Source: Octopus sinensis (lineage: Eukaryota). Taken from it: DNA of 64,000 nt. Of this stretch, positions 40,044-52,346 are shown piece after piece (positions within the stretch are counted from its first letter, which is position 1; the number at the start of each line of letters is the position of its first letter). Made by a program: the position numbers and the translations under genes. Under the pieces are notes generated by a model. That model was not told the origin of the DNA. It was given only the letters and a program-made list of their open reading frames with translations, and ran no database searches. Location of the stretch: positions 26,288,001 through 26,352,000 of the forward strand of contig NC_043010.1 in assembly GCF_006345805.1 (NCBI RefSeq), read 5' to 3'.

Positions 40044-40330
40044 ATATAATATATATATACACATATGTGGGGGGTGACGTGTGTGCGCGCGCGTGAGGAT
40101 TAACAGACTGATTTAGCTCCTCATGTTACCTAAGGTTTTGTTGACGTGAAAGTGCGACCATCTCCTCAGACATACTGAACGTCCGAGGAGAAGGGCGTGT
40201 TTTCATATCCACGAAACTTCAAGTAACATGAGGACCTAAGTACTCAATAAGTTCAACTCTGACAATGTGCTGACTGCTACTTATCTTCGTTTTTTCCCCT
40301 CAACTCGTATATGTGTGAATGTGCGTGTGT

Positions 40331-40370
<40 letters not shown>

Positions 40371-40905
40371 TTTGTAGGCACATAATACAAATTACTACAG
40401 GCCAACTATCTTCGAAATCTGTTTTTTTTTTATATATATAAAAACTACTCCCCGCTGAACAAAGCAGATTTGAGAGTAGGCCAGGCTCAGCTGAGAAAGT
40501 CTAGTAAGACCGAAACATGCCCGTAATTTGACCCCCACCTTGTTTGTAAAACAACAGAGACAGATTTTCCACAAAGCTTTAATAGTAATTGAGTGGAATT
40601 AATTCGAAATTTCTTTAAATGAATTTTTAAAAATTTTATTTTAAGAGTCGCTAACAACTATCGTTAGGCCTTTGTTTTCTTTCTCAATCTAAGACTGAAA
40701 TTTCAATACATTTACAAATTTCTTAGGAACAGCATTTAGTACAAAGCCACTTGTCTTAGTTCATTATTTCTCTAAATTCATTTAATTTTTCAACTCTAGG
40801 CAGTGCTCCAACATCGCCGCAATCTAATAACTGAAACAAGTAAAAGAGATAGACAGACAGACAAATAGATAGATAGATAGACAAAGATATTTACATACAT
40901 ATATA

Positions 40906-40942
<37 letters not shown>

Positions 40943-41071
40943 CATACACACACACTCAATAGATATGTGCATGAGATAAAGAGGAAGAGGGGTGGAGGGA
41001 CCGACATATTAAGATAAATCAATATCTATGTATCTATGTATGGATCTCTGTATGTGAGTTACAAGTGAGCC

Positions 41072-41345
41072 GTGTACGTGTGTTCGTGTGTGTATGCGCG
41101 CTCGAGAAGAACCTATAAATGTGTGTGTGTGTGTGTGTATGTGTGTGTGTGTGTGTACATGTGTGTATGTGTGTGTGTGTTCGTGTGTGTGTTTATGCGC
41201 GTTCGAGTGGAACCTATAAATGTGTGTGTGTGTGTACATGTGTGTATGTGTGTGTGTGTTCGTGTGTGTGTGTTTATGCGCGTTCGAGTAGAACCTATAA
41301 ATGTGTGTGTGTACATGTGTGTGTGTACATGTGTGTGTGTACGTG
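41072..41345. repeat. Compound minisatellite with three units built on (TG)n
   Basis: Unit core TATGCGCG.TCGAG..GAACCTATAAATGTG at about 41093, 41194 and 41275. Confidence 0.85.
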
Positions 41346-41779
41346 CGTTTGGCAAAGAAAGTGACGCCGTTGAGAACAGAGACAAATCAACTGCAACAAC
41401 TTCCAACTACAGTCCCACCACCGACCACAGGACAACACTCGACTTCGTAGGTGGAGAAATTAACACAAATATAATATATACATTCACACATCCAGGCAGG
41501 CAGACTCGCACGCGCGCACACACAAACACACACACAAATACATATATTTAGAAGGAAAAATGGAAAGCATAAATTTTACATATAATTCATAATTCCATTG
41601 AGCTCTGAATTAACATGGGTGTATTTTAATACGTTTATACATCAATTCTATATTTAGATATGTATGTATGCATGTACATATGTGTGTATGCGTATATGTA
41701 ATTGTAGACGTGACACGAGGGGGAGGAAGAAGAGAGAGAGAGATTTCTGATGAAATTCAATTTTTCAAAATTCACGAAA

Positions 41780-42740
41780 TCCTTCGTGCTGGGTGTTGGA
41801 CACAAAACAAAATGCCTACCAAAAACATTTGCCCCACTTTCGTTGTGTTCCGTGTTCAAAACCCACCGAAGTTCAACTTAGCTTTTCATCCTGATTAATC
41901 AATTCCCTAACTACCTTTACCGTCAAACTGCAGGCCTTGTGCTTGTGTCAGAAACAATTATTATAATTATAATAATTATTATCATTATTACCTTGTTTTG
42001 TTTTTTGTTGGGTTTTTTTATGTAAACTCTTTGTGGTCAATAAAGAAATCATTCTAATCTGGGTTCAAATTCTGCCGAAGACAACTTTGCCTTCCTTCTA
42101 TCCTTTCAAAGTTTCGATAAAATAAAGTCTTAATCTGGGGTCGATGATACCGACTGACCCACAACCCTTGAAACTCCTCCCTTCAAAACTGCAATTTTGT
42201 GCCTTCTGTTAGAAATAATTATAATTATCACATTCGGGGTTCCAATTCAACCGGGAACAACTTAGGGTTAACCCTAACTCTAAACCTAACCCTAAGCCTT
42301 ACGTCCTTTCGAGAGATCTAAAAAATAAAGTACCAGTCAAGTACTGGTGTCGATGTTATCGACTAAACCCCTAAACCCCTTCAAAATTACTAGTCTTGTG
42401 CTTATGTGGGAAAAATTATTATTATCATTACTGTTAGACTTTTCAATCTTTTGAGGTCGATAAAATAAGTACCAGTTGATCACTGGGGTCGATGTAATCG
42501 ACTTAACCCCGTCCCCCGAAATTGCAGGCCTTTTGCCGGATTTTGAAACCATTGTTCTAATTATTAATATTACATTTGGGGGTCTGAATCCCACCGAAGG
42601 CAACTTTGCCTTCCATATCCCCTTCTATGCTTTTGGGAGATCGATGAATTGAAGAACCAATAAAATATTGGGCCCAATATAATCGATTATCCCCTCCCCC
42701 AAATTTCAGACCTTGTAAGTATATTAGAAAGAATTTTTGC
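41780..42740 (+). mobile_element. Cluster of at least five SINE family B fragments
   Basis: Repeated CAACTTTGCCTT..GTCGATAAAATAAGTACCAG..GGGTCGATG motifs. Confidence 0.75.
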
Positions 42741-43125
42741 TATGGAACGCTTTACAACCAAGACTAATAACTAAAATGGTTTATTCATCATCACAGCGCG
42801 AACAAGCCAAAAATGGGTTAAATTATAGTAGAACTGAAAATACTAAATGTATTTTTGAGAATATGGAAGAATATCTGAAGAATTGGCGAGGGAAATAGCT
42901 ATATTGGTATTTACATTGAAAATCGTGAATTTCATTATGTTTTTGCGACTTTCACACTGGCTGAGTATATCTAACTTGAAAACATATCGACTTAAAAAAA
43001 CATTTACAAAATGTAAACACACACACGTTGGTGTATGTGTGCATGCGAGTATATGTATAGTATTTTGAAGATAAACATATTAGTACGTTATACATATATA
43101 TTAGATAGATAGATAGATAGATATA

Positions 43126-43190
<65 letters not shown>

Positions 43191-43263
43191 CAAAGATATT
43201 TAGATGCAAGCTATGTTTATGACATAGTAGGGATTGTATCTATGCAGTAGTAATTGACAGTGA

Positions 43264-43303
<40 letters not shown>

Positions 43304-43381
43304 AAAGTGAATGGAGTAAAAGTAAAAAGGTTGGTGGCTAAAATCAAAACCAGGAAAAATATTTTTTTAAACATCATAGAC

Positions 43382-43428
<47 letters not shown>

Positions 43429-43430
43429 AA

Positions 43431-43476
<46 letters not shown>

Positions 43477-44275
43477 CACACAGAGACAGAGAGAAAGAGA
43501 GAGAATCCAAAGAGAATTCTTTGATTTTTAAAATCCATCGCCACCCTTCTCAAAAAAATATAATATAAAAACAGAACAGAAATGAAAAGGAACATGACAG
43601 GTTTAACAGAAGGTGTGTATGTATAAATAGGGGTTAAGATAGTGATGTGTATGTATGTATGTATGTATGTACAATTAATAATATAGACTATGCTATTTGT
43701 GTATGTTTTTTTTTGTTTCAATTCTTATGAAAAATAATTAACGTGGATGTATTTTTTTCAGCTGAATAAAGATCGATGGATAAATCGAATATATATATGT
43801 AACAGATATGTAGATATATAAATATATATTTCAATGTTTACCTCTAATGTAGCCATAGTTGATCCGAAGGAAGACTTATTGTAAAAAGTCGTTGAAGGAA
43901 AGGCAAGATATAAAGTGAGGTTGGCGGCCAAAAACTACGCAAAGAGGCGAGGCGCTTCAGTTAAACAAATCCAGGCAATGTGCGCGCGCGCGTGTGTGTG
44001 TCAATGTCTTTCTCTCTCTCTGTCGCGATACGATTGTGTAGACGTGTGTGTGTGAGTGAGAGTGTGCGCGAGCGTATTTGCGCGCGCGAATGTGTGCTTG
44101 TGTGTATATGTATATACATATATATGTGTGTGCGTGTATATATATATATTTATATATGTGTGCGTGTGTTTGCTATTACATGTATTTTTATTTATATTTT
44201 ATTCATTTATTTATATGCGCGCGTGCGTAAGTGTACGTGTATTCATGTGTCTGCTTATGTGTGTGTGCCTGAAAG

Positions 44276-44312
<37 letters not shown>

Positions 44313-46053
44313 TGTATGTATGTATGTACGTATGTAAATGTGTGTATATGCAAGAGTATAGCTTTTATTTATGTTTCTGAGTGAGGGTGCGAGGGTGTAT
44401 GTGCAAGTGTGTGGGTTTTATTTACAGTTCTGTGTGTGCGTGTATGTTGCGTATAAGGAGGATTAGTGTGAGTTGACGTTCGAGTGCGACTTTGTGGAGG
44501 AGATGAGTGGAGAGAAAGTGGAAGGGTGAGGTGTGCGTTTTATGTATTTCTATGTGTATGTATGTATGTGTGCGTTTGTTTGCTTTCTGTACGTGCCTTA
44601 TTTATAAGGGTAAGAGTATGGATTTGTATGTGTGTCTGTATGCATGTGTGTCTAAAAGTGTTTGTTTCTGTTCGTAAGTTTGTGTGCGTGTGTGTATGTG
44701 TGAGTGAAGGTGTATATGCCTTTGTATGTACGTTGTTTATAAGGGTGAGATTATGGGTTTGTGTGTGTGTGTGTGTGTGCATTCGTGCAAGTATGTTAAT
44801 TTATGTTTCCGTACGTGTTTTATGTGTGTAAGGGGTTGTGGTACGTGTGTGTGTGTGTGAAATGTTGTGCGAGTTTGTGTGTGTGTGTGTGTCAAATGTT
44901 TGTGTGTATGTGTGAGTGTGAACGTGTGACTTTGTGGAGGGTGAGAAAGAGGAGGGTGTGTGTGAGAAGGAGGGTATCTTTGTGGGAGGAGAGGAAGTGT
45001 GCGCGCGTACGCGTTTTGTGTGTGTACGTGAAGGTTCGTGATTTAGTGAACGGCGGTGGGGGGGAGTATGTAGAATCATCGTATGTATGTGTAAGACAAA
45101 TTGAGGGAGAGTGTGTGTATGTGAAAAAAGAAAACGAGGGGATGTGCGTTTTGTGGACGTGTGTGTGCAACAAAATTAATGTTTTCCATTAAATGTGATG
45201 ATGGCGGCGGGGGAAGAAGCTGTTTTTGAATAATAACGGTAATGTGCAAGTGTGTGCGCGAGCGCAGCGTATTCAGCCTGCGTGCACGCGTGTGTCTGTG
45301 TTTATGCAAAGGTGTATGTAGTAAGAGTGAATATATTCACCAGTACATTATATTTTATATGGGTGTGTGTGTGTGTATCCCTATGTTTGTGTGTAAAAAT
45401 AAGAAAGGGTTTGAGGGAGAAAGAGGAAGTGAAAATAAGTTTATATATATATATATATAAAGGGGTGCTGTATACATTCTTTGAAAGTGTTTGTGTATGT
45501 ATTTATATTTATGGATGTATATGTGTGTGTGTGTGTGTGTGCGTGTCTGAGTGTGTATGTAAGGACATGTGTATGTATATGTGTGTATATATATATATAT
45601 GGACTACGTATGTACATATACATATATATGTGTATGTGTGCGCGTTTGGGGACGATGGGAAAGAAAGAGGAGAAACAAAACGGTTGACGTGCGTTCATCA
45701 TCATCGTCGTCGTCGTAATCAGCAACAACCTTAAGTATTCATATCTTTTATTTCGGATAAATATATCGGTGACGTTGTGTATGTATGTGCATATATCTGT
45801 GCGTATATGTCCATATCTACATTCATTTGTGTATGTTTGAGTAGCTGTATAAGAATATTTGTGTATATGTGTATCTGTGTATGTAGCTATGTATGTGTAT
45901 GTATGAATGTATGTGTATATGTATTCATATACGCGTGTGTGTTTATGTATGTTTGCGCGCGTTTTTATGCGCGCGCTCACGCTTGTTCTACGTTAGGTAC
46001 GATAAAACGCGTTCGTGCAAGTGTATTGGTTACTAAGTGTGTGTGTGTGTGTT

Positions 46054-46128
<75 letters not shown>

Positions 46129-46517
46129 ATGAGTGCGTGCGAGCATTGCTAATGTAGGTAAATCTTTTGTGACTACACAAAATTCGCGTTCCTGATTATT
46201 GTGTCACTGTGTGTGTCACTATGTGTGTGAGTATGTGTGTGTGTGTTCAAACGTGGGAGGCTTCACTGTGTGGGCGGTTCTTTGTGTATCGTCGCTGTTA
46301 CCAGGAGGGGTGGGAAGGGAAGAAACACGATTCGAACCCGCGCGCTTATCTTTCTAGTTTAGTCAACATCAAATTGCACTCACTTCAGCAGATAAGGATT
46401 ATAGAGAAGTGCTAGAAACAGCAGTCGTATCGCTTTCAAATCACACGTCGTTGTATACACACACTATACACACGCATATACATATGGGAGTGTGTGTATG
46501 TTATATGTGTGAGTATG

Positions 46518-46552
<35 letters not shown>

Positions 46553-46588
46553 GCACACATGGATGCATATATACTACTAAAAGGTATG

Positions 46589-47355
46589 GGATCTTTTCCT
46601 TTTGAACGGCAATTTTCAACACAATTTCTAGTTAACTAAACACTTTTAAACTTCGTATACTGGTAGAATGTGCCAAAATAAAACATTTTTTTCTCTTGGC
46701 TTTCTTGAGAAAATTGTAATTTTTAAGTTTAACGTAGTTTAATTTTTCGAATTTTAACCAATCCTATGGCCTCTATTGAGCTAAAATCATTTGCTGCGTC
46801 TAAAACAGACAACCTCCTGTCAGTAACCCTAACCCTCACCCTAACCCTAACCCTAAATTTTAGCCTTTCGGTTTTTTTTTTCTTAATTATTAAATTAATT
46901 TAAGGATAACAATTAAGAAAAAAAAAACCAAAGCAATGGAAAATAATTTTAATTTAACAATTAAGAAAATAAAACGAAGGGCTAAAACGAAAACAAAAAC
47001 TCAAAGCAAAAACAGAACGAATAATTTTAGACACACGCGTAACAATTAAATTAATTTAAAAATCAAGAAAAAAAAGACGAAAGGCTAAAATTTAGGGTTA
47101 GGGTTAGAGTTAAGTTAGTGACAGGATGTTGTCTCAGTTTTAGATGCAGCAAATGATTTTAGTTCAATAGAGGCCATAGGATTGGTTAAAATTCGAAAAA
47201 TTAAACTACGTTAAACTTACAAATTTCAATTTTCTCAAGAAAGCCAAGAGAAAAAAAATGTTTTATTTTGACACATTCTACCAGTACACGAAGTTTAAAA
47301 GTGTTTAGTTAACTAGAAATTGTGTTGAAAACTGCCGTTCAAAAGGAAAAGATCC
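46589..47355. mobile_element. Foldback MITE with arms of about 290 bp, GG/CC termini, 8-bp TSD and (TAACCC)n/(TTAGGG)n in both arms; Merlin-like
   Basis: TSD AAGGTATG at 46581-46588 and 47356-47363. Termini GGATCTTTTCCTTTTGAACGGCA and TGCCGTTCAAAAGGAAAAGATCC. Confidence 0.92.
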
Positions 47356-47412
47356 AAGGTATGTATATATGTATATACATACACATGTATACATACATAT
47401 ATATATATAAAT

Positions 47413-47455
<43 letters not shown>

Positions 47456-47470
47456 GTGTGTGTGTGTGTA

Positions 47471-47691
47471 CGAAGGGGTGCTGAAAATTCCCTGGCTTGG
47501 TTAAAAGAAAATACAGGAGGATCAGTTAATTATGATTTTATTCAACATATTCCCCTCTCAAATTGTTCTTACTGCAGCAGTCCTTCAGTTTTTCTAAGCC
47601 CTGTTAAAAAACTTGGAAGGTTGGGCCTCCAACCAGGCCTTTCTCGAAACCCTTAAAGCCAGGAAGCCAGGAACTTTTCAGCACTCCTTCG
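47471..47691. mobile_element. Mariner-type MITE (same family as 23531)
   Basis: TA-CGAAGGGGTGCTGAAAATTCCCTGGCT ... AGCCAGGAACTTTTCAGCACTCCTTCG. Confidence 0.85.
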
Positions 47692-47707
47692 TGTATATAT
47701 ATATATA

Positions 47708-47746
<39 letters not shown>

Positions 47747-48074
47747 ATACATACATATATATATATATGATTATGATAGATTCTCTTGTAGTGAACCACA
47801 AATGGGTGTTCATAAAATATAGCGGTAATCATATACATGTGTGTGTGTGTGTAATCATTTAACGTCTGACATGCTGGCATGGGTTGGACAGTTCAACAGG
47901 ATTTGACAAGTTGGATGACTTAGGCCCAAACTCCAATGTTTGCGTTCACCTGGTTTCTGCAACTGCATGCTCTTCCTAATTTCAGACACTTTACAGGGTG
48001 TCCTGGGTATTTTATTTTCTAGCACCAGCTCTTGAGAAAGAGGATGAGGAGGAGTATATATCTGTATGTATGTA

Positions 48075-48958
48075 CAAGGTGTCCTAAAAGTCCCTGATCA
48101 GTTTCAATTTTTAATAACTCTTCTTAAATTTAAAAATAAATGCATTAAAGTTTGATTCAGTATAAAGGACATAATAGAAATTAATATTCACGAGTCAAAT
48201 TTTGCAACACCGCTACATCACATATGGAAAATGACATCACTTAAATCGCAACCATTTTCGGCTTCACATGCCCATGCTCTTTCCAAAACTTGCACCATAG
48301 CACCCTCAAGAGTTTCAGACCCCACTTCTCTGATTTCTCTATTGATGTCCTCCTTTAGTTGCACCAGAGTCTCTGGTTTGTTGATGTAAACCCTCTCTTT
48401 CAGGTATCCCTACAAGAAAAATCCAAGCTAGTCAAGTTTAGGGAATGTGAAGGCCAGTTGACATTGCTGTAGCAGAAGATTATTCTCTCTCCAAAGCACT
48501 GCCATAGCAACTGCATTGTTTTTCTTGTGGTATGGGCAGTTTCCCCCTCTTGCTGGAGCCATGTGTGGGGTCTACTTTGAATGGCCTCCATGTTCCCTGT
48601 ATTAGCCCAGATTTTTTCTTGTAGGGATATCTGAAAGAGAGGGTTTACATCAACAAACCAGAGACCCTGGTGCAACTAAAGGAGGACATCAATAGAGAAA
48701 TCAGAGAAGTGGGGTCTGAAACTCTTGAGGGTATTATGGTGCAAGTTTTGGAAAGAGCAAGGGCGTGCGAAGCTGAAAATTGTTACCATTTAAGTGATGT
48801 CATTTTCCATATGTGATGTAGCGGTGTTGCAAAATTTGACTTGTGAATATTAATTTCTATTATGTCCTTTATACTGAATCAAACTTTAATGCATTTATTT
48901 TTAAATTTAAGGAAGTTATTAAAAATTGAAACCCATCAGTGACTTTTGGGACACCCTG
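48075..48958. mobile_element. Foldback Tc1/mariner derivative built from two inverted copies of a rosa (DD41D)-like transposase 3' end
   Basis: TA flanks; arms 48075-48423 and 48610-48958 are inverted. Peptides WLQQEGETAHT..WPSHSLNLTSLDF and GYLKERVYINKPETLVQLKEDI. Confidence 0.9.
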
Positions 48959-49124
48959 TATATATCATCATTGTTTTAACATCTAATTTTCCATGCTTCA
49001 TTGGGTCAGACAATTTATTGAACCATATTTTCCTTCTTTGTCTCGCTTTGTTTCTATCTATGTATGTGTGTGTTACATAAGTGCTATGTGTATGTATGTA
49101 TGTATGTATGTATTATGTATTTGC

Positions 49125-49317
49125 CATGATAGATCGCTAGCCACTACACATCCTTTATTTTTCTCTCCTTGTTTCTTTCTGTGTCCCTTTCTGTAGAAGA
49201 GCGTAGGCTCGAAACATTAAAGACTTTTTCCCTTCCCGAGCGTTATACTAATACATCTGTTTGTTGTCTACACCACCTGTCTTCGTCTTATGTTTTTCTT
49301 TTTGTGAATTCTCCCCC

Positions 49318-49320
<3 letters not shown>
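49125..49320 (+). mobile_element. Solo PLE pLTR with minimal hammerhead-like motif at 49187-49222
   Basis: CTTT-CTGTAGA-AGAGCGTAGGCTC-GAAACATTA-AAG; reverse complement of the 8958-9146 family. Confidence 0.75.
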
Positions 49321-49369
<49 letters not shown>

Positions 49370-49371
<2 letters not shown>

Positions 49372-50473
49372 GTGTGGGGCATAAAGATCTCCCACATTTT
49401 GATTGACTATAAAAAAAACTCTTTAGGGAAAAACTGATTATATTTCTAAATAGTACATAAATAATACTTTTGTTTTTATGGGCTTTAAAAATTATATCAG
49501 ACAAATGGCAGCCATTGTAGGCAATACATTAATGGAGTCATTTCTGGAAGTTCTCCATGATTCTCAGTGTCATCTCAGGTGGATTTTCATTGATTTCCTC
49601 TTTGATCCTTTCCTTCAAATCCTCAAAAGTTGAAGGACAATGTTGGGAAACCTTTTCCTTTAGGTATCCTCAAAGGAAAAAGTCACAAGGGTTTAAATCT
49701 GGAGACCTTGCCAGCCACCCCACATCTCCCTTTAAAGAGATCAAATGCCCAGGAAACATTTCCCCCAACACTCTGAGCGAATGTCATGTTGTGTGAGCTG
49801 TAGCCCCATCCTGTTGAAACCACATGTCCTGTACCCAAATCACCCTGTTCAGTGTGCAGAAAGGCCTCCAACATTCCAATCTAGTGACTGGAGGTAACAG
49901 TTACTGTTGCACCACCTTCTTCAAAAAAAGTACAGGCCAATCACACCAAAGTCAGCAACTGTAAACCAAACAGTTACACGAGGAGAGTGAAATGGTTGTT
50001 GGTGAACTTCATGAGGATTATGTTCAGCTCAGTAGCAAAAATTCTGCTTGTCTGCAGCTCTATTGATATGGAAGTGAACCTCATCAGTACTCAAAAGAAC
50101 AGCTGCAGTGGGAACTTGTGCTCTGCAATGATCTGTATCATTTAATTATTGAGCCAACATCATTTTGTAAGGATGCAGTGTCAAATCAGCACGCAGAATC
50201 CTCCTCAAACTCCAACTTGATATCCCTAGTGCTATGCTATACACACAAGTGAAACACTTTGGCAATTGCTGAATGGATGCTCTTACTACTGCCATATTTT
50301 CTGAAGTTCTAACAGTCTAGGGAACAACTCCATCAATGTATTGACAACAATAGCCACTATTTGTCTGAAGTATTTTTATGTACTTTTTAGAAATATAATC
50401 AGTTATTTCCTTGATAGTTGTGTTCATTTTTTATATCCATTCAAAATGTGGGAGATCTTTATGTCCCACCCTG
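49370..50473 (-). mobile_element. Decayed Tc1/mariner element (rosa/DD41D-like), internally deleted
   Basis: TIRs CAGTGTGGGGCATAAAGATCTCCCACATTTTGA and TCAAAATGTGGGAGATCTTTATGTCCCACCCTG-TA. Minus strand WFQQDGATAHT..WLARSPDLNPCDFFL*GYLKEKV. Confidence 0.9.
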
Positions 50474-50579
50474 TATAATGCCTGCAGCCATTGGAATCTG
50501 ACAATTTGACTATAAAGTTAAGCACTTTATGAATGTGAAACCATTGGTCATGCTATGACCAGACATATTCTTTTAATCA

Positions 50580-50791
50580 TTTCTTTGTTTCAGTCATTTG
50601 ACTGCAGCCATGCTGGAGCACTGCCTTTATTTGAACAAATCAACCCCAGGACTTTATTCTTTGTAAGCCTAGTACGTATTCTATCCCTCTCATTCGCCGA
50701 ACTACTAAGTTACCGGGGACATAAACACACTAACATCAGTTGTCAAGTGATTGTTGGGGGACAGACACAGACACAGAAACACACAAACACA

Positions 50792-50833
<42 letters not shown>

Positions 50834-50996
50834 CAACGGGCTTCTTTTAGTTTCTGTCTACCAAATTCACTCACAAGGCTTTGGTCCACTTAAGGCTATA
50901 GTAGAAGACATTTGTCTAAGGTGCCATGCAGTGGGACTGAACCCAGAACCATGTGGTTGGTAAGCAATCTACTAACCACACAGCCATTCCTGCACC
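50580..50996 (-). mobile_element. SINE family A, near full length, CpG-decayed
   Basis: TTGTTTCAGTCATTTGACTGCAGCCATGCTGGAGCA ... ACCACACAGCCATTCCTGCACC. Confidence 0.9.
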
Positions 50997-51009
50997 TATG
51001 CTTAAAGGG

Positions 51010-51386
51010 TCATGAATGAACATGGGATTGCACCTAGAAAGTTACCCTCCAAGGCACAAGTCCAGGTAAGGTTGTTTATGGAAGACCAGCAGTTGCCCAT
51101 GCATACCAGCCTCCCTTCTCCACATCAGCCTCCTCTCTCCACACCAGCCTCCCATCTCCACACCAGCCTCCCCTCTCCACACCACCAATGTTATCTAAGG
51201 AAAAGGCAAAAGGGGCTGATACAGCTTGGCACCAGTGATGTTGTAACTTGGTCTACAGCTGAGTGAACTGAAAGAACATGAATTAAAGTGTCTTGCTCAA
51301 GAACACAATACACAGCTCGGTCTGGGAATCAAACTCACAACCACACAATTGTGAACTCAACACTCTAACCACTGAGCCACACACCT
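51010..51386 (-). mobile_element. tRNA-headed CORE-like SINE
   Basis: Minus strand GGTGTGTGGCTCAGTGGTTAGAG..GAGTTTGATTCCC..TGTGTTCTTGAGCAAGACACTT. Confidence 0.7.
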
Positions 51387-51973
51387 GTGTTTAACTTCAT
51401 GTAAATATATATATATCCTTTATCTTTTCCTTGTTTCACTCATCAGACTGTGGTCATACACATATACTACCTTGAAGGACTTTTAGTTAAATAAATCAAC
51501 CACAGGACTTAATTTTTCTCAAGTCTGGTACTTTATCTTATCACTCTTTTTTGCTGAACCACTAATTTAAGGGTGAGTGTAAACAACCCGACACTAATTG
51601 TGAAGGTGTTGTGCAGGGAACAAACACAGAGAGAAAGATACACACACATGCATGCATGCACACACATGCATTGCATATTTGCAACAGGCTTCCACAAGGT
51701 TTCCATTTGCCAAATTCATCCACAAGACATTAATCAGTCTGCAGCTTCAGTAGAAATCACTTGCCCAAACAACATTGTGGGATTGAACTTGAAACCATGT
51801 GGTTGCAAATTGAGCATCTTAACCACACAACCATGTATGAGTGTTTGTGTATGTGCATGTGCATTATGTGGGCATGTATGTATAAATGTATGCATATTTG
51901 TGTGCATATAGATACATGTATATACATGTGTGTGTACATAAGTGTATGCATATTTGTATACATCTATATATTT

Positions 51974-52157
51974 ATTTCTTTATTGCTCATAGGGGGCTAA
52001 ACATAGAGGGGACAAACAAGGACAGACAAACGGATTAAGTAACTGTTACTTATTTAATTGACCCCAAAAGGATGAAAGGCAAAGTCGACGTCAGCGGAAT
52101 TTGAACTCAGAACGTAATGGCAGACAAAATACTGCTAACGATTCTGCCAGCTCACTG
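51974..52157 (-). mobile_element. SINE family B with Tx1-like tail
   Basis: Minus-strand tail GTCCTTGTTTGTCCCCTCTATGTTTAGCCCCCTATGAGCAATAAAGAAATA plus family B core. Confidence 0.85.
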
Positions 52158-52242
52158 TGTATTTGTATGCATATAGATAGGAGGGGGTGCATGTGTGTGT
52201 ATGTGTGTGTGTGCATAGAGATAGATATATATATTTAAACAT

Positions 52243-52346
52243 TCACCTGAGGAGGTGCATTTTACATCTCAGATGTATGATAATGATTACACCACATCTC
52301 ACCAATGCACTACAGATGTAAAAATGTTCCAAAACAATCGTAGTGA
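52243..52346 (+). ncRNA. Decayed type I hammerhead with long stem II
   Basis: TCAC-CTGAGGA-GG..CATTTTACATCT../..AGATGTAAAAATG..CC-AAAA(G12A)-CAATCG-TA-GTGA. Confidence 0.6.

Noticed and set aside
41072-41345. Repeat-spacer pattern resembling a CRISPR array
   Set aside because: The spacers are (TG)n, the context is eukaryotic and there are no cas genes.
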